Assembly (NCBI GenBank): GCA_902493795.1
Contig: CABUQZ010000001.1
Span: forward strand, 104,963-168,962
Direction: 5' to 3'
DNA length: 64,000 bases
DNA from: an uncultured Clostridium sp.
GTDB taxonomy: Bacteria; Bacillota_I; Bacilli_A; RF39; UBA660
Within the stretch, counting starts at the first letter, position 1. Each line of letters opens with the position of its first letter. The notes under the pieces are model-generated. The model saw only the letters and a program-made list of their open reading frames with translations. It made no database searches and had not been told where the DNA came from. The position numbers and the translations under genes were made by a program. Below are positions 10,393-20,191 of the stretch, one piece after another.

Positions 10393-12138
10393 ATGAGTTA
10401 TTTAAAAGAATTAGAAAACAAAATAAATGAACATGTTTTAAAAGCAGGATATAATGACACAGTTACACTTTCTACATCAAATAGAAAAGATTTAGGAGAG
10501 TTTCAAGTAAATGACGCTATGAGATTTGCTAAAATTTATCATAAAAATCCAATTGAAATAGCAAATGGTATAAAAAAAGAACTAGATAATGATGACTTGT
10601 TAACAAATATAAATATAGCAGGAGCAGGATTCATAAACATTTCCTTAAGTGATAAAGCCTTAATCACATACATGAATGAAATAAAAGATGATGTTTGCAA
10701 AAACATTGATAAAATGGAACCAAAAACAATAATACTAGATTATGGTGGAGCAAATGTTGCTAAATCTTTACATGTTGGACATTTAAGAAGCGCAAATATT
10801 GGTGAAGCTTTAAAAAGATTAGCAAATACACTAGGTCATAAAACAATAAGCGACGTTCACTTAGGAGACTCCGGGCTTCAAGCAGGACTTGTTGTTTTAG
10901 AAATGAAAGAAAGATATAAAGACTTAATATGTTTTAAAGAAGACTATAATGGAGAAGACTTCGAATTACCAATAACTAAAGAAGATTTAAAAGATATTTA
11001 TCCAACAGCATCAAGAAAAAGTAAAGAAGATGAGGATTTCTTAAATGAAGCAAGAAAAATAACTTGTGAAATTCAAAAGAACAATATAAGATATAGCAAA
11101 TTATGGGATAAGATATCAGAACTATCCATTGAAGATATTAAAGAAACATATGAAAGATTAAACGATACCTTTGACTTATGGTTAGGGGAAAGAGACAGTT
11201 TAAAATACATTCCTGAGCTTTTTGAATTATTAAATAAAGAAAACTTAGTATACGAAAGTGAAGGCGCTCTTGTTATGGATGTTAAAGAAGAAACTGATGA
11301 TAAAGAAATGCCACCTGTTTTACTAAGAAAAAGTGATGGAGCATACCTTTATGCCACAACAGATTTAGCAACTATATATCAAAGAGTCAAAGACTATAAA
11401 CCAGATGAAATATGGTACATAACAGATTTAAGACAGGAACTTCATTTCACACAAATATTTAGGGCAGCACGCCTTTCTAAGTTAGTTGATGAAAACACAA
11501 GTCTTGGATTCTTTGGTTTTGGAACAATGAATGGAACAGACGGAAAACCTTTTAAAACAAGAAATGGTGGAGTAATGCCACTTGATGAATTAATAAATTT
11601 AATAAAAGAAGAATGTTTAAAAAGATTAAATACTAATATAGTAGAAGAGGATAAAAGAGAACAAGTATCAGAAGAACTTGCAATTGGAGCCTTAAAGTAT
11701 GCTGATCTTTTACCATATAGATCAACTGATTACATATTTGATCCAGCTAAGTTTAGCGATCTAGATGGGAAAACTGGGCCATATCTATTGTATTCAACAA
11801 TAAGAATGAAATCATTACTAAAAAAGGCAGAACAAGAAAATATCGAGTATAAAAATTATACAACTATAAAGAATAGTAGTGATAGAGAAGTAATACTAAC
11901 TTTATTAATGCTACCTAATGTATTAAAAAGAGCGTATGAAAGTAAATCATTAAGTGAAGTAGCAGAATATATATATAAATTAACAAGTGCCTACAACAAA
12001 TTTTATTCTGAGAATAAAGTAATTAGTGAAGAAGATAAAAATTTAAGAGAATCATGGTTAGTGTTATCTAATGTTGTTTATAATACTAATTCATTGCTAC
12101 TTGATATGATGGGAATAAACTGCCCAGAAAAAATGTAG
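10393..12138 (+). CDS. argS: Arginine--tRNA ligase
   Basis: Class I 'HVGHLRS' (HIGH) motif, the C-terminal anticodon-binding (DALR) domain pattern, and length. Confidence 0.9.
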   Translation: MSYLKELENKINEHVLKAGYNDTVTLSTSNRKDLGEFQVNDAMRFAKIYHKNPIEIANGIKKELDNDDLLTNINIAGAGFINISLSDKALITYMNEIKDDVCKNIDKMEPKTIILDYGGANVAKSLHVGHLRSANIGEALKRLANTLGHKTISDVHLGDSGLQAGLVVLEMKERYKDLICFKEDYNGEDFELPITKEDLKDIYPTASRKSKEDEDFLNEARKITCEIQKNNIRYSKLWDKISELSIEDIKETYERLNDTFDLWLGERDSLKYIPELFELLNKENLVYESEGALVMDVKEETDDKEMPPVLLRKSDGAYLYATTDLATIYQRVKDYKPDEIWYITDLRQELHFTQIFRAARLSKLVDENTSLGFFGFGTMNGTDGKPFKTRNGGVMPLDELINLIKEECLKRLNTNIVEEDKREQVSEELAIGALKYADLLPYRSTDYIFDPAKFSDLDGKTGPYLLYSTIRMKSLLKKAEQENIEYKNYTTIKNSSDREVILTLLMLPNVLKRAYESKSLSEVAEYIYKLTSAYNKFYSENKVISEEDKNLRESWLVLSNVVYNTNSLLLDMMGINCPEKM

Positions 12139-12229
12139 AAATTTTTATTGATTTTAAATATAAATAGTGATATAAGTTTTATTGAGTATTTTTTAAAGAA
12201 ATTACATAACTCAATTTGGAGGTATTTTA

Positions 12230-12673
12230 ATGAAAATAGATAAAATGAAAAAAGAGGATTTAGAATTATTATCATATAAAGATATAACAGCATTGATTTT
12301 AGAAGAAAAAGGTGCAATGAACACTCTTGATTTATTCAATAAAATTGCATCATTACTAGGTCTTTCACAATCAGTAATTGAAAAGAAAATTGGAGATTAT
12401 TATACAACTCTTTCAACTGATAAAAACTTTTTACTATTAGAAGGTGGTAAATGGGATTTACGTAAGAGACATACTTCTGATAAAGTTGTTAAAGCTCAAG
12501 AAACTGATGAAGACGACGAAGAGGAAGAAGAAATAGAAGAAGAAAAAATCGAGATACCTGATGGAGAAGATGATTACGATAGTCAAATATCTGATGATGA
12601 TTTTGATGATAGCGATGATGATCTTAAAGACTTAGTTGTATTAGATGAAGAAGAACTAGATTTAGAACAATAA
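12230..12673 (+). CDS. rpoE: DNA-directed RNA polymerase delta subunit
   Basis: N-terminal HARE-HTH-like domain (LSYKDITALILEEKG..MNTLDLFNKI) followed by a long D/E-rich acidic tail. Confidence 0.8.
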   Translation: MKIDKMKKEDLELLSYKDITALILEEKGAMNTLDLFNKIASLLGLSQSVIEKKIGDYYTTLSTDKNFLLLEGGKWDLRKRHTSDKVVKAQETDEDDEEEEEIEEEKIEIPDGEDDYDSQISDDDFDDSDDDLKDLVVLDEEELDLEQ

Positions 12674-12734
12674 ATTTAGTTTCTTTTTTTAAAAATAATT
12701 TGATATAATACGATTAGAAAAGAAGAGATGAGAT

Positions 12735-13790
12735 ATGATAGAAAGATTAAATATTATAAAAGAAAGATATGAAACTATTAATCAAGAACTTTTAAACCCT
12801 GAAGTTTTAAAAGATTTGAAGAAAACTAGAGAATTATCAAAAGAATCTAAAGACTTAGAAGAAACAGTAAATGTTTATGAAGAGTACAAAAAAGTTCTTG
12901 AAGATATTGATACAGCTAAAGAAATGTCAAAAGATCCTGAAATGGGAGCATTTGCGCAAGAAGAACTAGAAGGTCTTGAAGCAAGAAAAGTAGAATTAGA
13001 AAACAGAATAGAAGTTTTACTTATTCCAAAAGACCCTAACGATGGTAAAAACGTTATTGTGGAAATTCGTGGGGCTGCTGGTGGAGATGAAGCCAATATC
13101 TTTGCAGGTGACCTTTACAGAATGTACCTAAAATACGCAGAAAAACAAGGATGGAAAGTAGAAGTAATAACAGAAGAATATTCTGAAGGTGGAGGATTTC
13201 CTCTTGTTAGCTTTATGATTAAAGGAAATAACGTATATTCTAAAATGAAGTATGAAAGTGGTGCTCATAGAGTTCAAAGAGTGCCAATTACAGAAACTCA
13301 AGGAAGAGTACACACATCAACTGCCACAGTATTAGTAATGCCAGAAGCAGAAGAATTTGATTTTGAACTTGATATGAGCGAAGTAAGAATAGACATAACA
13401 AGATCTAGTGGAAGTGGAGGACAAGGAGTAAATACAACTGACTCTGCAGTTCGTGTAACACATATTCCAACAGGAACTATCGTTTATTGCCAAGTAGGTA
13501 GAAGTCAAATTCAAAATAAAGAAATGGCTCTTAATACTTTAAAAACAAGACTTTATAACATGAAACTTCAAGAAAAAGAAGAAGAAGAAGGAATAGAAAG
13601 AAGAAGCAAGATTGGAACTGGAGATAGATCTGAAAAGATAAGAACATATAACTATCCACAAAATAGAGTAACAGACCATCGAATTGGATTTACTTTAATG
13701 CAACTTGATAGAGTAATGGAAGGAGATCTAGAACCAATCGTTGAGGCTCTTATAACAGAAGACCAAAGAAGAATCTTATCAGGAGAATAA
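12735..13790 (+). CDS. prfA: Peptide chain release factor 1
   Basis: 'SGSGGQGVNTTDSAVR' GGQ motif and a PxT-type decoding region. Confidence 0.95.
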   Translation: MIERLNIIKERYETINQELLNPEVLKDLKKTRELSKESKDLEETVNVYEEYKKVLEDIDTAKEMSKDPEMGAFAQEELEGLEARKVELENRIEVLLIPKDPNDGKNVIVEIRGAAGGDEANIFAGDLYRMYLKYAEKQGWKVEVITEEYSEGGGFPLVSFMIKGNNVYSKMKYESGAHRVQRVPITETQGRVHTSTATVLVMPEAEEFDFELDMSEVRIDITRSSGSGGQGVNTTDSAVRVTHIPTGTIVYCQVGRSQIQNKEMALNTLKTRLYNMKLQEKEEEEGIERRSKIGTGDRSEKIRTYNYPQNRVTDHRIGFTLMQLDRVMEGDLEPIVEALITEDQRRILSGE

Positions 13791-13791
13791 T

Positions 13792-14619
13792 ATGACTATT
13801 GAAGAAGCAGTAATATATGGAAAAAAATATATATCCTCAATAGATACAAAAATGTTAATATCATGGGTAACAACTTATGATGCTCTTGATATAATTAATC
13901 ATTTAAATGAACATTTAACACAAAGTGAAGAAGAAATGTTTAAAAAACTAGTAGATGCAAGAAAAAATGATAAGCCAATACAATACATAACAAATAGTGC
14001 TAATTTTTATGGAATTGAATTATTTGTGAATGAAGACGTTTTAATTCCAAGATTTGAAACAGAAGAACTTGTAGAAAACACAATGAAAATATTAAAAAAG
14101 AACTTTGCTAATCCTAAAATACTCGATTTATGTTGTGGAAGTGGAGCAATTGGAATAGCACTTAAAACAAAACTTGATTCATGTGATATTACAATGTCAG
14201 ATATAAGCTCCAAAGCTTTAAACGTAGCAAAAGCAAATAGAGATAAATATAATTTGGACATAAATGCTATTGAAAGTGATCTTTTCGAAAATATTAATGA
14301 AAAATTTGATTGTATAATTAGTAATCCTCCATATATTAAAGAAGATGAAGAAATTGAAGACATTGTTAAAAATAACGAGCCTCAACTAGCACTTTATGGT
14401 GGAAAAGATGGGTTAGATTATTATGATAGAATTTTAAAAGATGTAAAGAATCATTTAAACGATAAATTTTTAATTGCCTTCGAAATAGGGGCTACTGAAA
14501 AAGATGATGTTATTGCATTAGCAAATAAGTATCTAACTGATATAAAAATAGTAGCTAAAAAAGATTTACAAGATAGAGATAGAATGATATTTATAAGTAG
14601 TACTAATTTAATTGATTAG
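13792..14619 (+). CDS. prmC: Release-factor glutamine N5-methyltransferase
   Basis: 'LDLCCGSGAIG' SAM motif and 'NPPY'. Located immediately after prfA. Confidence 0.85.
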   Translation: MTIEEAVIYGKKYISSIDTKMLISWVTTYDALDIINHLNEHLTQSEEEMFKKLVDARKNDKPIQYITNSANFYGIELFVNEDVLIPRFETEELVENTMKILKKNFANPKILDLCCGSGAIGIALKTKLDSCDITMSDISSKALNVAKANRDKYNLDINAIESDLFENINEKFDCIISNPPYIKEDEEIEDIVKNNEPQLALYGGKDGLDYYDRILKDVKNHLNDKFLIAFEIGATEKDDVIALANKYLTDIKIVAKKDLQDRDRMIFISSTNLID

Positions 14620-14695
14620 TACTTTTTTATTAAATAAATTTTTTAATTTATGAATAGAAAAAGTAAAGAGTCACCATTATATTATTGGTGATAAT

Positions 14696-15217
14696 TTGAA
14701 AAAAATAATTATAATTTTAGGGATAATAATGAGTATATATTTAATAGAAAATAATCAAGAAGAATTAGTACTTATTCCAAATGAAGCAATTAGAGTAAGA
14801 GTAATTGCCAATAGCAATAGCGATTATGATATAAATATTAAAGAACAATTAAAAGATAAATTGAAAGTAAAATATGATTCTCTATTAAAAAATTCCACAT
14901 CAATTGTGGAAACAAGAAAAATTTTAAATGAAAATATGAAAGAACTCACAACTTTTGTGGATAAAAGTTTAAATAATTTAAACTATGATAAAGATTTCAA
15001 CATAAACTATGGATTAAATTATTTTCCTGAAAAAAATTTTAAAGGAGTAAAATATCCATCTGGTTATTATGAATCATTAGTGGTAACATTAGGAGATGGC
15101 AAAGGGGATAATTATTGGTGTGTTTTATATCCACCATTGTGTTTGATTGATGACTCTACAAAAACAGAATATGAATATAGAAGTTATATAAAAGATATAT
15201 TAAATAAGTATTTATAA
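14696..15217 (+). CDS. spoIIR: Stage II sporulation protein R
   Basis: 'IRVRVIANSNSDYD...K', 'YWCVLYPPLC'; signal anchor. It follows prmC as in Bacillus. Confidence 0.75.
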   Translation: MKKIIIILGIIMSIYLIENNQEELVLIPNEAIRVRVIANSNSDYDINIKEQLKDKLKVKYDSLLKNSTSIVETRKILNENMKELTTFVDKSLNNLNYDKDFNINYGLNYFPEKNFKGVKYPSGYYESLVVTLGDGKGDNYWCVLYPPLCLIDDSTKTEYEYRSYIKDILNKYL

Positions 15218-15241
15218 ACATAGTATTAATATGGAGGTACT

Positions 15242-15784
15242 ATGTTTATTTTTTTGACTGTTTTTTTAGTTGCATTAGGTCTTAGTATGGACACGTTTTC
15301 TTTATCACTTGGTTATGGAATGTTAAATATTGATAAGAAAACTATCTTAAAAATTAGTATATCAGTAGGAATATTTCACTTTTTTATGCCATTATTAGGT
15401 AATTTACTAGGTGAACTTATTTTAGGAATTATTAGAACAAATGAAGATTTAATAATAGGAATTATCTTTTTTATATTATCAATTGAACTCATATATTCAC
15501 TCTTTAAAAAAGAAGAGATATCCCCAATAAAAAATAATCTAGAAATACTTATTTTTTCCTTTCTTGTGAGTATTGATAGTTTTTCAACAGGAATAGGACT
15601 TGATGCTTTACATCTTCCACATCTAGCAATATCAACTATATTTATGATTACAAGCTTTACTTTTACATTCATTGGATTATCACTAGGTAGAAAACTACAT
15701 AACAAGATTGGTAAAAAAGCAGAAATACTAGGAATATTAATTCTTTTGTTATTATCAATTTACTATATCCACAAAAGCTGTTAA
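15242..15784 (+). CDS. mntP: Manganese efflux pump MntP
   Basis: Six TM segments and duplicated 'S.D.F..G' motifs (LSMDTFSLSLG / VSIDSFSTGIG). Confidence 0.8.
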   Translation: MFIFLTVFLVALGLSMDTFSLSLGYGMLNIDKKTILKISISVGIFHFFMPLLGNLLGELILGIIRTNEDLIIGIIFFILSIELIYSLFKKEEISPIKNNLEILIFSFLVSIDSFSTGIGLDALHLPHLAISTIFMITSFTFTFIGLSLGRKLHNKIGKKAEILGILILLLLSIYYIHKSC

Positions 15785-15928
15785 TAAAAAAATATTTGAA
15801 GTGTTCTATTGACTGATTCTTGTAATATGCTAGAATTGAATTAGGAAATATAGTGATAATGGATATATTCACTAACTTATTGTGACCAATTTTTTCAAAA
15901 AAAATAATATATTATAGGCGGTGATCTT

Positions 15929-17179
15929 ATGAAAGTAATCAAAATAGAAGGAAATCAAAAATTATCAGGTACAATAAAAATAAGCGGTGCTAAGAATAGC
16001 TCTGTAGCACTTTTACCAGCATCAATACTAGCAGACTCTGATGTCACAATTTGTAATGTTCCAGAAATAACTGATACAGATGTATTATGTGATATTTTAA
16101 AATACTTAGGAGCAGATGTAAGAAGAGCATCTGAAAGCGTAGTAATTACTCCAAGTATTGAAAATAAAGTTATCCCAGCAGAGTTTACAAAAAAGTTAAG
16201 AGCATCTTATTATTTTATGGGAGCTTTGTTAGGAAAAAAGAAACATGTAGAAATGTATCTACCAGGTGGATGCTCTATAGGAGCAAGACCAATTGATCTT
16301 CATCTTAAAGGATTTGAAGCATTAGGTGCAACAATAACAAATGAAGGTGAAAAGTATATTGTAGATGCTAAGGAATTAAAAGGAGCAAATATCTATCTTG
16401 ATATAGCATCAGTTGGAGCAACAATTAATATTATGTTAGCAGCAGTTCTAGCAGATGGGTTAACTATAATAGATAACGCTGCAAAAGAGCCTGAAATAGT
16501 AAATATAGCAACCTATTTAAACAATATGGGAGCTAAAATAACAGGAGCAGGAACATCAGAAATTAGAGTAATGGGTGTTACTAAATTACATGGATGTTTT
16601 CATGAAGTAATTCCAGATAGAATTGAAACAGGTACATATTTAATTATAGGTGCTTTAGTAGGAGAAAATTTTAAAGTATACAACGTTATTCCAGAACATG
16701 TTGAAGCATTAACTTCTAAATTAATAGAAATGGGTGCAGATCTTGAAATAGGAAGCGACTATATCATAATAAATAGTAAAAAAGAATATAAACCTGTTAA
16801 CGTAACAACAAGAGTGTATCCAGGGTTCCCAACAGATTTGCAACAACCATTCTCAGTACTTCTTTCAAGATGTAATGGTAAGTCAACAGTAGAAGAAACA
16901 ATTTGGGAAAACAGATTTATGCATTTACCAGAACTTGAAAAGATGGGAATGAATGTATCTAAAGAAGGAATTGAAGCTACATTTATTGGACCAAATGAAC
17001 TAAAAGGATGTGAAGTAAAAGCAACTGACTTAAGAGCAGGAGCGGCAATGGTAGCAGCAGCCCTAGCAGCACAGGGGGAAACAACAATAACTAACATTGA
17101 ACATATTTTAAGAGGTTATGAAGGAATAGTAGAAAAACTAACAGATGTAGGTGCTAAAATCAAAATAGAAGAAATATAA
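15929..17179 (+). CDS. murA: UDP-N-acetylglucosamine 1-carboxyvinyltransferase
   Basis: 'ISGAKNS', 'LPGGCSIGARPIDLH' (active-site Cys), 'FPTDLQ'. Confidence 0.95.
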   Translation: MKVIKIEGNQKLSGTIKISGAKNSSVALLPASILADSDVTICNVPEITDTDVLCDILKYLGADVRRASESVVITPSIENKVIPAEFTKKLRASYYFMGALLGKKKHVEMYLPGGCSIGARPIDLHLKGFEALGATITNEGEKYIVDAKELKGANIYLDIASVGATINIMLAAVLADGLTIIDNAAKEPEIVNIATYLNNMGAKITGAGTSEIRVMGVTKLHGCFHEVIPDRIETGTYLIIGALVGENFKVYNVIPEHVEALTSKLIEMGADLEIGSDYIIINSKKEYKPVNVTTRVYPGFPTDLQQPFSVLLSRCNGKSTVEETIWENRFMHLPELEKMGMNVSKEGIEATFIGPNELKGCEVKATDLRAGAAMVAAALAAQGETTITNIEHILRGYEGIVEKLTDVGAKIKIEEI

Positions 17180-17198
17180 TTGTAATGCAAGGTGATTT

Positions 17199-17951
17199 AT
17201 GAAAAAACACATAAAGTTAATAGTATTTTTACTTGCTTTATTGCTTGTATTTATAACTTATAATTCATTTTCAAAAGAAAGCAAGAAAATTAACTACATA
17301 GCACTAGGAGATTCAATTGCAGAAGGAATGAATTCTTATTCTATAGTAGATTATGGTTACACTGACTACATTAAAGATTATTTAAAAGATAAAGACTTAT
17401 TGTCATTTTACACTAAAAAGTATGCTGTATCAGGTTATAAAATAAGAGATTTAGTAAATGATATCGAAGATAATAAAGTAGTAGAACAAGATGATAAGAA
17501 AATCTACTTAAAAGAAGCCTTAAGAGAATCTGATTTGGTAACACTAACAATTGGAGCTAATGATTTTCTAGAAATGTTATCACTTGATAACATAGATGAA
17601 ACAATATCAAATGCTAAAAATACTAAAAAAGAAATAGATAAAATTTTAGAAAAGGAAAAAGATACAATTATACTAATAAAAAAATTTGCCAAAAGACAAA
17701 TAATAGTAACTGGATATTTTAATCCTTTTCCAAGATTAGCAAAATATAAAAAAAATATAGATGAATTGGTAAAATACTATAACAATAATTTAAATGAACT
17801 ATGTGATGAATTAGAAGTAGACTTTGTAGATATTTTTGAAATATTAGATAGTAATGAGAAGGCTTTTCCTAATCCTTTAAATATTCATCCTAATAAATAT
17901 GGTTATGAATTGATTTATAAAGAAGTTGCAAAAAAAATAAAATTGCCATAA
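17199..17951 (+). CDS. SGNH/GDSL-family hydrolase, secreted
   Basis: Signal peptide, 'ALGDSIAEG' block I, 'GAND' block III. Confidence 0.7.
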   Translation: MKKHIKLIVFLLALLLVFITYNSFSKESKKINYIALGDSIAEGMNSYSIVDYGYTDYIKDYLKDKDLLSFYTKKYAVSGYKIRDLVNDIEDNKVVEQDDKKIYLKEALRESDLVTLTIGANDFLEMLSLDNIDETISNAKNTKKEIDKILEKEKDTIILIKKFAKRQIIVTGYFNPFPRLAKYKKNIDELVKYYNNNLNELCDELEVDFVDIFEILDSNEKAFPNPLNIHPNKYGYELIYKEVAKKIKLP

Positions 17952-17977
17952 GAATCTATCTATGAGAAAAGATTTGT

Positions 17978-18006
17978 TTGACAAATTTAAATATTCATTG
18001 TATATT
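17978..18006 (+). promoter_or_regulatory. Sigma-A-type promoter (TTGACA-17-TATATT)
   Basis: TTGACA at 17978-17983, a 17-nt spacer, and TATATT at 18001-18006. It lies upstream of the micro-ORF and rpmE. Confidence 0.4.
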
Positions 18007-18029
18007 ATCAATGTTCGAGGAGTGATTAG

Positions 18030-18155
18030 ATGCGTAGAAAAGGGTTGTTGATAGCAGGAATTTTGGCACTATTATTTGTACCAGGTACTATACCAGCAGC
18101 ACTAGCAGTTAAATCATCTAAGTTAAAAAGAAAATATTCACTCCAAAATAAATAG
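18030..18155 (+). CDS. Micro-ORF, 41-aa predicted membrane peptide (MRRKGLLIAGILALLFVPGTIPAALAVKSSKLKRKYSLQNK)
   Basis: ATG preceded by a GGAG RBS at good spacing. It has one hydrophobic helix and a basic tail. It is below the ORF-track length cutoff. Confidence 0.35.
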   Translation: MRRKGLLIAGILALLFVPGTIPAALAVKSSKLKRKYSLQNK

Positions 18156-18212
18156 AAGGTCAAATCCTGTCAATTATCTATGATTTAGTTCATGGCGAAA
18201 GGAGAAATTTAA

Positions 18213-18416
18213 ATGAAAAAGGGAATACATCCAGATTACAAAACTTGTAAAGTAATATGTGCTTGTGGAGAAACTTTTGAAGTTGAATCAACAAAAGATG
18301 AAATCCGTGTAGAAGTATGTTCTAAATGTCATCCATTCTATACAGATCAACAATCTAAAAAATCACATGCTGGTAGAGTTGAGAAGTTTAATAAAAAATA
18401 CGGATTTACAAAATAA
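18213..18416 (+). CDS. rpmE: 50S ribosomal protein L31 (Zn-ribbon type A)
   Basis: 'MKKGIHPDY', CxC...CxxC cysteines, 'HPFYTDQQ'. Confidence 0.95.
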   Translation: MKKGIHPDYKTCKVICACGETFEVESTKDEIRVEVCSKCHPFYTDQQSKKSHAGRVEKFNKKYGFTK

Positions 18417-18424
18417 TTGTTTAA

Positions 18425-18452
18425 GAATACCTTTAAAGGTATTTTTTCTTTT
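18425..18452 (+). terminator. Rho-independent terminator
   Basis: GAATACCTTT/AAAGGTATTT palindrome followed by a T-run. Confidence 0.6.
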
Positions 18453-18486
18453 GAAAAAAAGTTATAATAATATTGAGGTGATTTAA

Positions 18487-18930
18487 TTGAAAATTTATAT
18501 AGCAACAGATCACAGAGGTTTAGAAGCTGAAAACAAAATAATTGACTATTTAAAAAGTAATGGTATAGAGATAGAAAAAAGTGTAATACCACATAACGAT
18601 ACAGATGATTACGTTGATTTTGCAGAAGATATTTCAAAAAAAGTAGCAAATGATAAAGATTCCTTTGGAATACTAATTTGCGGAACAGGAATAGGAATGA
18701 GTATTGCAGCAAATAAAATAAAAGGAATAAGGGCATCTCGTTGTGTATCTAAAGATGATGCATACCTAACAAGAAACGATAACAATGCGAATGTTTTATG
18801 TATCAGCTACAAACTAGATTTAGAAACGATTTATGAAATAGTAAAAACATTTATAGAAACCCCTTTTTCTACTGAAGAAAGACATATTAGAAGAGTAAAC
18901 AAAATTATAAAATTGGAAAATGGTGATTAG
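18487..18930 (+). CDS. rpiB: Ribose-5-phosphate isomerase B
   Basis: 'ICGTGIGMSIAANKIKGIRA' and 'NANVLC' RpiB/LacAB motifs. TTG start. Confidence 0.85.
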   Translation: MKIYIATDHRGLEAENKIIDYLKSNGIEIEKSVIPHNDTDDYVDFAEDISKKVANDKDSFGILICGTGIGMSIAANKIKGIRASRCVSKDDAYLTRNDNNANVLCISYKLDLETIYEIVKTFIETPFSTEERHIRRVNKIIKLENGD

Positions 18931-18931
18931 A

Positions 18932-19123
18932 ATGCATGTTAAGTTTATTCTTTACATTATAGTAGGTTTTTTTGTAATATGGTCAATGGACTCAATAAAT
19001 ATAAATCAGATATTTAAAAAAAATAAAGTACAGCAAGCAAGACTATTTTATTTCTTCTTAACAATATCTTTCATTTATTTAGTAACAAATTTTTTCTATG
19101 ATTTTTATATTTCTTTAATTTAA
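18932..19123 (+). CDS. Small hypothetical membrane protein
   Basis: Two hydrophobic segments. ATG after a GGTGA RBS, overlapping the rpiB end. Confidence 0.35.
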   Translation: MHVKFILYIIVGFFVIWSMDSININQIFKKNKVQQARLFYFFLTISFIYLVTNFFYDFYISLI

Positions 19124-19174
19124 ATGTATAATATTTTCCCTCTTGATAAAAATATATTTAGAGGTGAAAGAATA

Positions 19175-19804
19175 ATGAAAAAGAAATTAGTTTTAAAACC
19201 ATTTGTACTACCAACTATTTATGGACTCCTAATAATTTCTATTATAGTTTTAACAGCAGGTACAATATTAAAAGGGAAACCAGAAAAAGGAAATGAAATT
19301 GACTTAGTAACTGATAAAACACTGGAAGATGTAATTCCTGTTATGGATCAAGATGAAGTATATGTTCTAAATCCTTATGTTGGAGATAACATCAAAGAAA
19401 AAGTTGGATACTACGATTATAAAGGAGAAAAAACTTCTCAAGAAAAATCAATCATCCAATATGGAGCTACATACTTACAAAATAGTGGAATCTCTTACTC
19501 ATCTGACAAACAATTTGATGTAGTGTCAATTATGGATGGTACAGTAACTAAAGTGTACCAAAATGACATTTTAGGAAACATAATAGAGGTAACTCATGAA
19601 AATAATTTAATAAGTGTTTATCAAATGGTTGGGGAAATCAAGGTAAAAGAAAAAGATGTTGTCCAAGCTGGAACAGTAATTGCTAAATCTGGAACATCAA
19701 AAATTTTCCCTGAAGACAATAACTTACATTTCGAAATAATCCAAAATGGAAATGTAAAAGACCCTAAAACAATAATTGGAAAAAATACTAAAGATTTAAA
19801 ATAA
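19175..19804 (+). CDS. Membrane-anchored degenerate LytM/M23 protein, SpoIIQ-like
   Basis: N-terminal TM segment. The M23 fold has the first His replaced ('SGISYSSD' instead of HxxxD) and 'NLHFEI' instead of HxH, as in B. subtilis SpoIIQ. Located next to spoIIID. Confidence 0.55.
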   Translation: MKKKLVLKPFVLPTIYGLLIISIIVLTAGTILKGKPEKGNEIDLVTDKTLEDVIPVMDQDEVYVLNPYVGDNIKEKVGYYDYKGEKTSQEKSIIQYGATYLQNSGISYSSDKQFDVVSIMDGTVTKVYQNDILGNIIEVTHENNLISVYQMVGEIKVKEKDVVQAGTVIAKSGTSKIFPEDNNLHFEIIQNGNVKDPKTIIGKNTKDLK

Positions 19805-19875
19805 TCCTTAGTATTTTTTTGGTTTTTATTCATATTTTAAAAAATTAAAAATAGTATTTACTAAGGAAAGATAAT

Positions 19876-20139
19876 ATGAATAAAGATATAATAAAAAGAG
19901 TAATTGATGAAAGTGATTTCATAATTAATAATAAAAAAACAATAAGGCAAACTGCACATGAATTTAATGTTAGTAAAAGTACAGTTCATAAAGATATGCA
20001 AGAGAAATTAAAAGAACTTGATTTAACTAAATATGAAAGTATTGCCAAGATATTTCAAGAGCATATAGAAACAAGACACATTAATGGTGGTAATGCTACA
20101 AAAGAAAAATATTTAAAGAAAAGGCTAATTAAAAGATAA
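19876..20139 (+). CDS. spoIIID: Stage III sporulation transcription regulator SpoIIID
   Basis: 'KKTIRQTAHEFNVSKSTVHKDM' HTH closely matches the SpoIIID signature; about 87 aa. Confidence 0.8.
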   Translation: MNKDIIKRVIDESDFIINNKKTIRQTAHEFNVSKSTVHKDMQEKLKELDLTKYESIAKIFQEHIETRHINGGNATKEKYLKKRLIKR

Positions 20140-20191
20140 TTAATAGCTTTTTTATTTGTTTTTATGTATAATAATTTCTGTGGTGATGTAG

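Noticed and set aside
12480-12673. GAA/GAT-rich low-complexity DNA flagged as a possible microsatellite
   Set aside because: It encodes the normal poly-acidic C-terminal tail of the RNA polymerase delta subunit.
15218-15241. Expected yybP-ykoY manganese riboswitch upstream of mntP
   Set aside because: Only 24 nt separate spoIIR and mntP, which is too short for the riboswitch. mntP appears to be co-transcribed with spoIIR here.
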